Source of the DNA: Candidatus Woesearchaeota archaeon
GTDB taxonomy: Archaea > Nanobdellota > Nanobdellia > Woesearchaeales > JABGUJ01
Direction of reading: 5' to 3'
Assembly: GCA_018646625.1 (NCBI GenBank)
Contig: JABGUJ010000002.1
Span: forward strand, 412,843-476,842
DNA length: 64,000 nucleotides
The notes beneath the pieces were generated by a model that worked only from the letters and a program-made list of their open reading frames with translations, searched no databases and was not told the origin of the DNA. Of this stretch, positions 1 through 8,090 are shown piece by piece (the stretch's first letter is position 1; each line of letters begins with the position of its first letter). Both the position numbers and the translations under genes were made by a program.

Positions 1-56
1 GTAAATTGGTGATTGATTTAACCAGACCTTATATTACAAGAAGTAAAACAAAATGA
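1..56 (+). CDS. 3' end of an upstream gene (partial, ...KLVIDLTRPYITRSKTK*), translationally coupled to the DGR target
   Basis: Open frame from the window edge; its TGA (54-56) overlaps the target ATG (53-55) as ATGA. Confidence 0.6.
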   Translation, partial: KLVIDLTRPYITRSKTK

Positions 57-931
57 CTATAAAAACTTTAAAACCATTGGACTTTGGAAATAGAAGAGTG
101 CTTACTACAGAGGAAGCTCTTGCACAGTTGGAAGGCTATGTTCCAGAGAAAACTCCTCAGAATCCACCTACTGACCCAGACCCAGAACCAAATGGTAATT
201 TAGAAGGTTCAGTGGAGATTAGTGGTGATTACATCCTGATGCCTAAAGCTAACACTAAGGCCTTAGGAATTCACGCATTGAGAGAATCCTGTGAAAAGGA
301 AAGCAGTTCTGCTCATCCTCAGTTTGTTAGAACTGATGGCAGTAAAATTTATCGTCCTTTGACATTTAAAGAAGATATAGAAGCGAGAGTTAATGATTAT
401 GAAAGCAATAAAGATACTGATACAAGAGATAACGCTAAAAATAGATTACGTTTATTCAATCGTTGGATAGATTCCTGCACAGGAGTTGCTTACAAAGCAG
501 GCACAACTAAATTTAAATTAATTCCTCAATGTGAACCATTGATTGAAATTGCTAAAGATTTTAATAGTGCGTTTATGGTAATTGATTATGATTCAATAGC
601 AGGAGTAGAGTTGAACAGCAGTAGTGGAAAATATAATGAAAGATTAACAAAAGCAGAAGTTATTGAACATCCTGCTTGGCGAGCAGCAGTTGAAGATGAT
701 AAAAAATTATTAGAAACTTATGCCGAGATTGTTTTTACAGAGTATGCACAACAATATCCTGACCGAGATGCAAGTAAATTAATGAGATTTTGGGTTACAA
801 GTAATACTGCTCAAGATCAACTAAGGGCGTTGTTCGTTAATATTCTAAATAACATTTCAGATGCAAATGGTGGCAATGACCTAGACATTAACGGGTCTTT
901 TCTCCAAGTAGCCCCACCGAAGACGCCGTAG
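53..931 (+). CDS. DGR target (variable) protein, probable C-terminal CLec-like variable domain
   Basis: C-terminal codons (RALFVNILNNISDANGGNDLDINGSFLQVAP) match the TR except at adenines; no signal peptide or TM segment seen. Confidence 0.9.
   Translation: MTIKTLKPLDFGNRRVLTTEEALAQLEGYVPEKTPQNPPTDPDPEPNGNLEGSVEISGDYILMPKANTKALGIHALRESCEKESSSAHPQFVRTDGSKIYRPLTFKEDIEARVNDYESNKDTDTRDNAKNRLRLFNRWIDSCTGVAYKAGTTKFKLIPQCEPLIEIAKDFNSAFMVIDYDSIAGVELNSSSGKYNERLTKAEVIEHPAWRAAVEDDKKLLETYAEIVFTEYAQQYPDRDASKLMRFWVTSNTAQDQLRALFVNILNNISDANGGNDLDINGSFLQVAPPKTP
824..916 (+). repeat. DGR variable repeat (VR)
   Basis: 93-nt ungapped match to 1158-1250 with 10 differences, all at TR A positions (7 A>G, 3 A>T). 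Confidence 0.95.
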
Positions 932-937
932 GCAGTC
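922..937 (+). promoter_or_regulatory. Short hairpin downstream of VR (candidate DGR target-recognition hairpin)
   Basis: GAC-GCC-[GTA]-GGC-A-GTC stem with a GNA triloop just after the VR. Confidence 0.5.
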
Positions 938-1001
938 GCGCGAAAAATTTAGCCACTCAAATTTAGAAAGCTTTTTATTCTTGTTAGTATTTTCAATAAA
1001 T

Positions 1002-1266
1002 AGGCCTTGCGTTGCTTCTTTATGAGAAGTAATGGAAGTGCTTGGGCTACACGTCCTTTCGCTACGACAAACTAATATCTGTTTGTCATAAAATTCAATC
1101 ACGACACCTAATGCGTGAAGTGGTGGTGCATTCAACTAGGCGAGAGGGCTACTGAGGAGGGCGTTGTTCGTTAATAATCTAAATAACAATTCAAATGCAA
1201 ATGGTAACAATAACCTAAACAATAACGGGTCTTTTCTCCAAATAACCCCAGCACTACGCAAGGCTT
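1002..1266 (+). ncRNA. Predicted structured DGR template RNA enclosing the TR
   Basis: Hand-derived stems 1002-1012/1256-1266, 1013-1019/1025-1031, 1037-1049/1243-1255, 1053-1063/1139-1149, 1066-1072/1081-1087 and 1099-1103/1114-1118; BRE/TATA-like GAAAGCTTTTTAT at 966-978. Confidence 0.65.
1158..1250 (+). repeat. DGR template repeat (TR)
   Basis: AAY-rich (13 AAT/AAC codons in the VR frame), non-coding copy of the VR upstream of the RT. Confidence 0.95.
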
Positions 1267-1315
1267 TTATGCTTATTCTAATAGTGGCTTATTATTACTC
1301 AAAGAGGTAGTTTTT

Positions 1316-2413
1316 ATGGAAAATCTTTATTCAAAGCTTTGTGCTTATCAAAATCTTAAACTTGCTTTCAAGAATGCAAGAAAAGGCAAAACTCTGAAAT
1401 CTTATGTTACTGAATTTGAGGAGAATTTAGAAGAAAATTTATCAAAGTTAAGAAGTGAATTGATTTTCCACATCTACAAACCAAAACCTTTAGAAAATTT
1501 TATTCTGCGTGATCCAAAAACAAGAAAAATTAGTAAATCTGCTTTTCGTGATAGAATCGTTCATCACGCATTATGTAACATAATCACCCCAATCCTAGAA
1601 AAAGAGTTTATTTATGATTCCTATGCCAACAGAATTGGCAAAGGAACTTTTAAGGCAATAAAAAGGTTTAATTATTTTGCTAGAAAAGTGTCTAAGAATC
1701 ATACAAGAATTGCTTATGCTTTGAAAGTAGATATTAAACATTATTTTGAAGATGTTAATCATAGTATTTTGATTTCAATTCTCAAAAGAAAAATTGAAGA
1801 TGAAAGAGTATTTTGGTTAATAAAAACTATTTTAACAAATTACAAAACAAAAGTGAAAGGCAAAGGTATGCCTCTTGGCAATCTAACTTCTCAATTTTTT
1901 GCTAATGTTTATCTTAATGAATTAGATCAGTTTATGAAACACAAACTAAGAGCAAAGTATTACATTAGGTATGTTGATGATTTTGTTATTTTTGATGCAT
2001 CTAAGAAGAAACTACAAGATTACAAATTAAAAATCGATAAATTCTTACAAGAAAAGTTATCTTTACAAGCACATCCAGAGAAATCTAGGATCATCCTGCT
2101 CCAAAAAGGAGTTGAATTTTTAGGATTAAGAATATTTCCATACCATAAACTTCTCAAAAAGAAGAATTTAGGGAAGTTTGAAAGGAAACTTAAAGAATTG
2201 TTGTTTGAATATAACTTAAAATTAACTGAGTACGACCAAATTTATGATTTTCTGGAAGGTTGGTGTGCTTATGCTAAGAATGCTAACACTTACAAACTTA
2301 GGGAAAAGATATTAGAACAAACGGAAAATAAGTTTGTAGGTGAAATTTCAACAAAAGAAGTTAACAGATTGATGAAAACAAAAAGATTAAAGGCTCAAAA
2401 AATTACAAAATAA
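1316..2413 (+). CDS. DGR reverse transcriptase
   Basis: RDRIVHHA, DIKHYF, GMPLGNLTSQ (DGR-type SQ motif) and YIRYVDDF; short, with no maturase or endonuclease domain; GAGGTAG RBS. Confidence 0.95.
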   Translation: MENLYSKLCAYQNLKLAFKNARKGKTLKSYVTEFEENLEENLSKLRSELIFHIYKPKPLENFILRDPKTRKISKSAFRDRIVHHALCNIITPILEKEFIYDSYANRIGKGTFKAIKRFNYFARKVSKNHTRIAYALKVDIKHYFEDVNHSILISILKRKIEDERVFWLIKTILTNYKTKVKGKGMPLGNLTSQFFANVYLNELDQFMKHKLRAKYYIRYVDDFVIFDASKKKLQDYKLKIDKFLQEKLSLQAHPEKSRIILLQKGVEFLGLRIFPYHKLLKKKNLGKFERKLKELLFEYNLKLTEYDQIYDFLEGWCAYAKNANTYKLREKILEQTENKFVGEISTKEVNRLMKTKRLKAQKITK

Positions 2414-2649
2414 AGGATGGATTTAAATATCACTTAATCATTCAATAGAAGTATTACTTCATAATTGGAGTAATAAATAACACTTTCAAATTGAGCCAAA
2501 AGAGGAAGAAATGAATTCGCAAAAATATCTAACAACAAAAAGCGAATTATTAGCTAAAACTTAAAGATTCTGCAGTTTGAGGGCAGTCATCACTGGAAAG
2601 TAACGTCTGTTCAGAAACATTTATAAATCCCTTATAATACCCTAATTCT

Positions 2650-3768
2650 ATGAAAACGCGCGTTTTTAATGATTCAGACATCCACGATTATGCCCTAAAT
2701 AGGCTTTTTGGTAGCAATGTTTCTGTAGATGATGTTAGCAGAATAGAGTTGCATAATGGTATTCTTCCTTCTGAATTAGAATCACTAGTCTCAACAAGAA
2801 TGGGAGATGGTGTTACAGTAGTAAATCAAAGAAACGGAAGAGAACCTATTTTGTTTCATTCAGGTGTTTTGTTTATTCCACAATACAGTGGTTTTGGAAG
2901 AAGAGAAAGATATGAAGAAATGATTGAAGCGTTTGTTCAGATTAGCGGTAAAGATATTAAATTTGAATCAAAAGAAAGAAAAGATGATCCAAGAGAAACT
3001 AATGTTGCATTTGATAATTTAGCATATGATTTTACAATGGGACTTTTTGTTCCTTCTGAAAGATATGATGCCTGGAGAATTTTTCCTGAACATGACATTG
3101 GTGAAATAAGAAAAATCATCTTTGGTCCTACTAGTGCTGTTGCAAAGCAATCAGATGTTGTTGCTAAAGGAGAGAGTGAATATTTAGATGCACAAATCAT
3201 TGAAGTTGAAGGTGAAAGAATTCTAAACTTAGGTTATGTTTATTCTGATCAAGTTGGAATATTGTTAGATAAGATTACAAGAGAGTATGACGCTATTGGA
3301 AGAAGAAATGGCGGAGTGGCTCTAAGAGTTGGTATGCTAGGTCGAGTTGGAGGATTAGCATATGGAATGCAAAGACATGATTTGGTTTTCCCTCATGGCA
3401 TAATTGATGAAGTTGATCTAGAAACTCTAGACGGCTCAAAGGTGTATCCAATACATAACAGAATGATTGGAGAGAATGGACATAGAGGAGTTAACTTGAA
3501 TGTTACTAGTGTAATAAACGAATCTCCTGAAGATCTTAGGCTTGCAAGAGATCTAGGTTGTGTATGTGTAGAGATGGAAGTTAGAGAGAGTGTAGAAGCA
3601 ATCAATAGAGCAAGACGTCGTTATCATAATAATCTTAATGTTGGTTTTGGTTTTGTAGGTCATGTATCTGATTTGCCTTTGCAAGGAGATACTTTAGCTA
3701 AAGAGTTAGATTCAGATAAAGGAGAACGGAATGCGGTTCGTGCGGTGTTGTACGGATTGACTCATTAA
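2650..3768 (+). CDS. Nucleoside phosphorylase/nucleosidase-fold protein of unknown substrate
   Basis: MLGRVGGL, CVEME and VSDLP motifs of the PNP/UDP/AMP-nucleosidase fold. Confidence 0.55.
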   Translation: MKTRVFNDSDIHDYALNRLFGSNVSVDDVSRIELHNGILPSELESLVSTRMGDGVTVVNQRNGREPILFHSGVLFIPQYSGFGRRERYEEMIEAFVQISGKDIKFESKERKDDPRETNVAFDNLAYDFTMGLFVPSERYDAWRIFPEHDIGEIRKIIFGPTSAVAKQSDVVAKGESEYLDAQIIEVEGERILNLGYVYSDQVGILLDKITREYDAIGRRNGGVALRVGMLGRVGGLAYGMQRHDLVFPHGIIDEVDLETLDGSKVYPIHNRMIGENGHRGVNLNVTSVINESPEDLRLARDLGCVCVEMEVRESVEAINRARRRYHNNLNVGFGFVGHVSDLPLQGDTLAKELDSDKGERNAVRAVLYGLTH

Positions 3769-4580
3769 TTTCTTAATTGTCCTAGCGCAATTAAAGGCGT
3801 GCCAGATTTTATTATCAGTTCTTTTCCTAAAGTGAAGTCGTATTCTAAATGATTTCCATCAACATATAATGTACCTTGTCTTGTTAGTGAATGTACTTGT
3901 AGTTGTTCAGCATATTGAGGTGTAGCGTTTCTTGTTCCTCGATGTACATATTGTAGTTTAGTGGATTCTAAGGGCATTACTTTTCCGTTTTCTTCATACA
4001 TCCACCCAGTTGAGCCAGCAGCGGTGCATACAAGTAATCCGGAGTTTTTGTATTCTTTTGTATTTAGAATATACCGAGTTGTTGCTGCAGGGTTAGAGTG
4101 TGCTACTAAAACATCATTTAACGCTAATTGTTGCAGAGGTTTACCCTCTAGTGTTAATTCTAGCCTACTGAGTTCGTTACGTTTTGCGGTTTCTATGTTT
4201 TGCCATGCTTGTTCAAACTTTTCTCTATTTGTTGACATAAAAAAACCAACACTATTTTGTGGATCAGAATTTACCCCTAAAACCGGAGTCGTTGTTACGT
4301 AATGAGATACTTCTAGAAAAGTACCATCTCCACCAACGGCAATTACTAGATCTTCATCTACTTGTTCTAGATCTGCACGATAAATGGCTCTGTGTTGTAC
4401 CCCAGATCGTTGCAATACATCTAAAACATGATCTAGGGTTCTTCTTTGAGTATCAGCACTAGTTCTCATGGTTTTTACATCCGAGTTTGTGCTTTTGAGA
4501 AAATCTCTAACATCTTTGTCGGGTGAATTTCCGTATAGTTCGAAACTGCTTTTTTTGTATACAACTAATGCAGAGTTCAT
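3765..4580 (-). CDS. nadK: NAD kinase
   Basis: VGGDGTFL, LND and TAAGSTG motifs. Confidence 0.9.
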   Translation of the reverse strand: MNSALVVYKKSSFELYGNSPDKDVRDFLKSTNSDVKTMRTSADTQRRTLDHVLDVLQRSGVQHRAIYRADLEQVDEDLVIAVGGDGTFLEVSHYVTTTPVLGVNSDPQNSVGFFMSTNREKFEQAWQNIETAKRNELSRLELTLEGKPLQQLALNDVLVAHSNPAATTRYILNTKEYKNSGLLVCTAAGSTGWMYEENGKVMPLESTKLQYVHRGTRNATPQYAEQLQVHSLTRQGTLYVDGNHLEYDFTLGKELIIKSGTPLIALGQLRN

Positions 4581-5407
4581 AAATTATTACCTCTTAGAAT
4601 TGAGTCTAGAAATGTTCTACTAAAGTCTCTTGAAACATGGGTTGTTACTGAAGTTCTTTGCGCGGCGTAACATACTTGAGAGGTTACTCTTTGATCTATA
4701 TGATGATGCACAGTTAAAGGGTCATAAAGATATGCAACAGGATAAGAGATGTAATCCATCCATTCCTGTGCTGCCGCTGCAAGATATTTCACGGCTTGCG
4801 AAGGATGTTTTCCCATTTGCTGCAGATCTTCGGAAGTTAGAAAATTAAGTTTACACACTCCAGTTGTTACTATTGTTTTGTCAACCTCTGCAGCCATCAC
4901 AATGTCTACGGCTTCGGGATCAACTTTGAAATTATGAGATCGATAGTTAATGAAATATTCACTCGATCTTACTACGGCATTACCCATTAAGTATAGATGA
5001 TTGACCGCGCCAGGTAATTCAGGATAAGTTTGAAAGGCTTTTGCAATATTTGTTAGAGGACCAATGGCTGCAATGTTAATATTTCCGCGATTTCTAAGAA
5101 TTGTTTCCGCTAGCGCATCTATACCGTCACGTTCTATGTCTAGCACATCATCATTTTCTAAAAAGCCTTGTCCTTCTCTGCCAGAGGTGTAAATATGTCT
5201 TTGTTTTAGTGGTGTTTCTTCACCCATGTGTACTGGAACATCTTTACCTAATAAGTTGAGAAGTTTTTTTGCAATCTTCGCTCTAGTTTCAGTATCTCCG
5301 TGAACGGTTGTGATTAATTCTAAATCTATACCTGATTTAACGGCGTGAGCGATTGCTAGTGCATCGTCAACATCAGTTCCAATATCCGTGTCAATTATTA
5401 ATTTCAT
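4577..5407 (-). CDS. Nucleoside hydrolase (IU-NH family)
   Basis: IIDTDIGTDVDDALA, IGPLTNIA and YDP motifs; ATG at 5407 overlaps the nadM stop. Confidence 0.9.
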   Translation of the reverse strand: MKLIIDTDIGTDVDDALAIAHAVKSGIDLELITTVHGDTETRAKIAKKLLNLLGKDVPVHMGEETPLKQRHIYTSGREGQGFLENDDVLDIERDGIDALAETILRNRGNINIAAIGPLTNIAKAFQTYPELPGAVNHLYLMGNAVVRSSEYFINYRSHNFKVDPEAVDIVMAAEVDKTIVTTGVCKLNFLTSEDLQQMGKHPSQAVKYLAAAAQEWMDYISYPVAYLYDPLTVHHHIDQRVTSQVCYAAQRTSVTTHVSRDFSRTFLDSILRGNNL

Positions 5408-6021
5408 CTTCCCTCGTAAACGTGTCTTCGTTCCTCTTCTGTGCTCTCCCAAGGAGTATAATCAGGGGAGAGTACTGCTAATGTTTCTTCAGCAAATTCT
5501 TCTTGAAAGCGTTCCACTAAGCCATTTGTTTTTAGATAATCCGCAACCGGTTCTGGAACCATACATTCCCAATCTCCGTTAGTTGCAAGTTCTATTCGTA
5601 CTATTGTGGCTTTTACGTCTCGTTTTCTATTTCCGGGAACGGCCTGCACAGGCGTTAGAACTTCATATGTATCTTGCAATAACTCCGCAACATAACCATT
5701 ACCAGTAACAAAGTGTGTTATTTCGCCAAATTGTTCTACAACTTCTTGTTTCCATTTTGAACCATCTCGGTACTGAGGCAAGTGTGCGTAATCAGGAATT
5801 TGTACTAGGGAATAGTTTTGATATTTGGGACCTAGAACCAGGTCAATCATCGCTCTCGATTCATCGGCAGTAAATGGATTTCTCACGTTGTATTGGTTGC
5901 TGCTACCAATTCCGATAACGACATGTTCTGCTGTTTCGCATAATGCTTCCAAAGCAGACGCACTTCCGTTATGTAGTGGCTTGAATCTTCCAATAAAACC
6001 CACGATCCCTAACTCAGTCAT
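5404..6021 (-). CDS. nadM: NMN/NaMN adenylyltransferase (NadM-like)
   Basis: IGRFKPLHNG, IGIGSSN..RNPFT and ATIVR motifs; NAD operon context. Confidence 0.85.
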   Translation of the reverse strand: MTELGIVGFIGRFKPLHNGSASALEALCETAEHVVIGIGSSNQYNVRNPFTADESRAMIDLVLGPKYQNYSLVQIPDYAHLPQYRDGSKWKQEVVEQFGEITHFVTGNGYVAELLQDTYEVLTPVQAVPGNRKRDVKATIVRIELATNGDWECMVPEPVADYLKTNGLVERFQEEFAEETLAVLSPDYTPWESTEEERRHVYEGR

Positions 6022-6479
6022 CAGGCATACCCCCTATGTTCCAAATATTTCATTAGAATTCGTTCATGATCAAACACAATTTGTCCTTGACCTAGTAAAT
6101 CTCTAACTTCATTTATGGTATACAGAGTTGCAGTCTTTGCGTCATCTCCCGCTCTTAGTTCGCCGTATCCTTTTGCAACGTAAGTTACGCTAATCATATG
6201 TGCACGAGGATCCCTCAAGGGATCGGAGTGTACACATAGAGGGGATTCAGGAGACTCGAGAATAACTTCTAATCCGGTTTCTTCTTTAGCTTCTTTCGCC
6301 GCATTTTCTTCAAGAGAAATTCCTAGTTCAGCAAATCCTCCTGGAAGAGCAATACCGTGCGGTGGATTTTTTCTTGTGATTAATACAATTCCATCTTTAT
6401 CGCCATTGTTGTATTCAATAACAATATCAGTTGTAGGGATTGGATTTCTGTAAACTTGGATCTTATCTTGAGCGGGCAT
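6021..6479 (-). CDS. Nudix hydrolase, probable ADP-ribose pyrophosphatase
   Basis: ALPGGF...AAKEAKEETGL, RDPR, AGDDA and FDH motifs. Confidence 0.85.
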   Translation of the reverse strand: MPAQDKIQVYRNPIPTTDIVIEYNNGDKDGIVLITRKNPPHGIALPGGFAELGISLEENAAKEAKEETGLEVILESPESPLCVHSDPLRDPRAHMISVTYVAKGYGELRAGDDAKTATLYTINEVRDLLGQGQIVFDHERILMKYLEHRGYA

Positions 6480-6489
6480 TTTTACCTCC

Positions 6490-7395
6490 TTATTGATAAA
6501 TTAAAGTTACAGGCGCACTAGGTGGATGAATTATTTCCATTTTAGGCGCTGCAACATTTTCGTGTCTTCTGATAACGTCGTCTACCATCTCACTAGTAGT
6601 ATGATACTTGTGTTCTCCAAAGCTGTCATGATAGAATGCTCTTTGTTGCTTAGCAAGTGGATGTACTTGACCGTGAGTGTAGAGTTCTTCTTGGGTTAGG
6701 CCTTGAGCAAGTCCTTCAGTTACAAGTTCTACAAAGTTATACTCATAACCTAAATCTTTGAAATCTGTTTGACCAGGTTCTAATCCCGCAGAGGGTGTTC
6801 TGCTGGCCATGTCTTCAAAACCAAGGTAAGATGCCATTTGTCTAACCAGTCGTTTAGGCAAACCAGAAATTGGACTCATGTGTACTGCACCATCACCAAA
6901 AAGAGTGTAGTAACCAATTCCAAAATCTTCGTCTTTGTTACCCGTACCTGCAACGGTTTTTCTTTCAGTAGCAGACTTTGTTGAAAGCACGTTGGCTCTA
7001 ATTCTAGAAGTTAAGTTTCCTCTGTGGAAATTATTTGAGAGTGCTTCAGGATTAGTTCCTTCATACGCTTTGACTATCCCTTCAATACTTTGAGTCTCAC
7101 ATCGTATTCCCAATCGTTCTGCAACTTTAATTCCGTCTTCAGTGTCTGCATCTATGTTCGTACTTGAAGGTAAAACATATCCCACCAACTCTAAAGTGTC
7201 ATCATGTGTTGCATTGTAACTGTCAAATGCTTTTTTAATTAGGGCAGCAGTAGTTGTTGAATCCACCCCTCCCGATAAACCGATAACACAACCAGTTGAA
7301 TTGGCTCTTTTCACTGTATCGACTACAAAGTCACCTATTTCTTGACTTACTAATTCCGCATCCATTTCTGGAATGATTATTTTTTTCTCGAGCAT
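6490..7395 (-). CDS. nadE: NH3-dependent NAD+ synthetase
   Basis: GLSGGVDS, N..SRIR, GTGNKDE..GYYTLFGDG and PSAGL..GQTD motifs. Confidence 0.95.
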   Translation of the reverse strand: MLEKKIIIPEMDAELVSQEIGDFVVDTVKRANSTGCVIGLSGGVDSTTTAALIKKAFDSYNATHDDTLELVGYVLPSSTNIDADTEDGIKVAERLGIRCETQSIEGIVKAYEGTNPEALSNNFHRGNLTSRIRANVLSTKSATERKTVAGTGNKDEDFGIGYYTLFGDGAVHMSPISGLPKRLVRQMASYLGFEDMASRTPSAGLEPGQTDFKDLGYEYNFVELVTEGLAQGLTQEELYTHGQVHPLAKQQRAFYHDSFGEHKYHTTSEMVDDVIRRHENVAAPKMEIIHPPSAPVTLIYQ

Positions 7396-7407
7396 TTTGT
7401 CTACCTC

Positions 7408-8040
7408 CTAAATATAATTTGAAACTTCATCCGTTGTTGTTAGAAGTGCACCAGCCTGTTGCCAAGCATCCAGAGTAGCCTCTAAAGGTAGTCCAGGTAA
7501 TTCTTTTATGGCGTCAGTTGGCACGTATACTTCCACGCCCCGTTCTAGAAGTCCTTGAACAGCAAAGTCTACACAAACATTTGTTGCAACACCATAAACT
7601 ATTGCTCTGTCAGGTGCAATTGTGCTTAGAACTTCTTCAGTATGCGGGTTGCCTTCGAAAACATCAAATGCATCTTTGTATAATACAATATTCCTCGTGT
7701 TTGTTACTGCTTTCGCATCAACACTTTCCTGTTGCCAATCAACTTTGTAAGCATCTTTGGGTTGAGTTGAAGGCACGTAATCCGCACCTTTTGTTTCCGT
7801 CAAACAATGTGGCGGGAAGGTTGTTTGATAGTTAGGTTCGTCAGAAAATTCCGCAGAGTCTTTGTTATGCCAATCAGCACTATTTACAACTTTGATATCT
7901 TCATTTTCCGCGAGTTCAGTTAATTTTTCTAAGTTAGGTTCAATACTTCTTGCACCCTCTACAGGTAATGTGCCTTTGAAGCTGTCATCACTCCTCATAA
8001 AATCGTATTGCGTGTCTACGTTCCAAAAGATTGTTTTCAT
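7408..8040 (-). CDS. pncA: Nicotinamidase
   Basis: VDTQYDF, DWH, FPPHC and GVATNVCV motifs. Confidence 0.9.
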   Translation of the reverse strand: MKTIFWNVDTQYDFMRSDDSFKGTLPVEGARSIEPNLEKLTELAENEDIKVVNSADWHNKDSAEFSDEPNYQTTFPPHCLTETKGADYVPSTQPKDAYKVDWQQESVDAKAVTNTRNIVLYKDAFDVFEGNPHTEEVLSTIAPDRAIVYGVATNVCVDFAVQGLLERGVEVYVPTDAIKELPGLPLEATLDAWQQAGALLTTTDEVSNYI

Positions 8041-8066
8041 TTTGTTTACCTCCTCGATTTGTTGTT

Positions 8067-8083
8067 AGTGTGGTTAATACACT
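8067..8083. promoter_or_regulatory. Putative NrtR operator 1
   Basis: AGTGT-GGTTAAT-ACACT between pncB and the pncA RBS. Confidence 0.7.
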
Positions 8084-8090
8084 TACTACT

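Larger units (their letters stand above)
53..2413 (+). mobile_element. Diversity-generating retroelement (target-VR / TR / RT)
   Basis: VR/TR pair with adenine-only mismatches next to a DGR-type RT. Confidence 0.95.

Noticed and set aside
881..1135. 84-aa minus-strand ORF as a candidate avd
   Set aside because: It is antisense to the DGR, overlaps the VR and has no Avd-like helical pattern; the region is better explained as structured RNA
1316..2413. RT as a group II intron or retron RT
   Set aside because: It has the SQ motif, lacks maturase/endonuclease domains and a VTG retron motif, and a TR/VR pair is adjacent
2414..2640. Short ORF fragments and a small inverted repeat after the RT
   Set aside because: No coherent ORF or recognisable element
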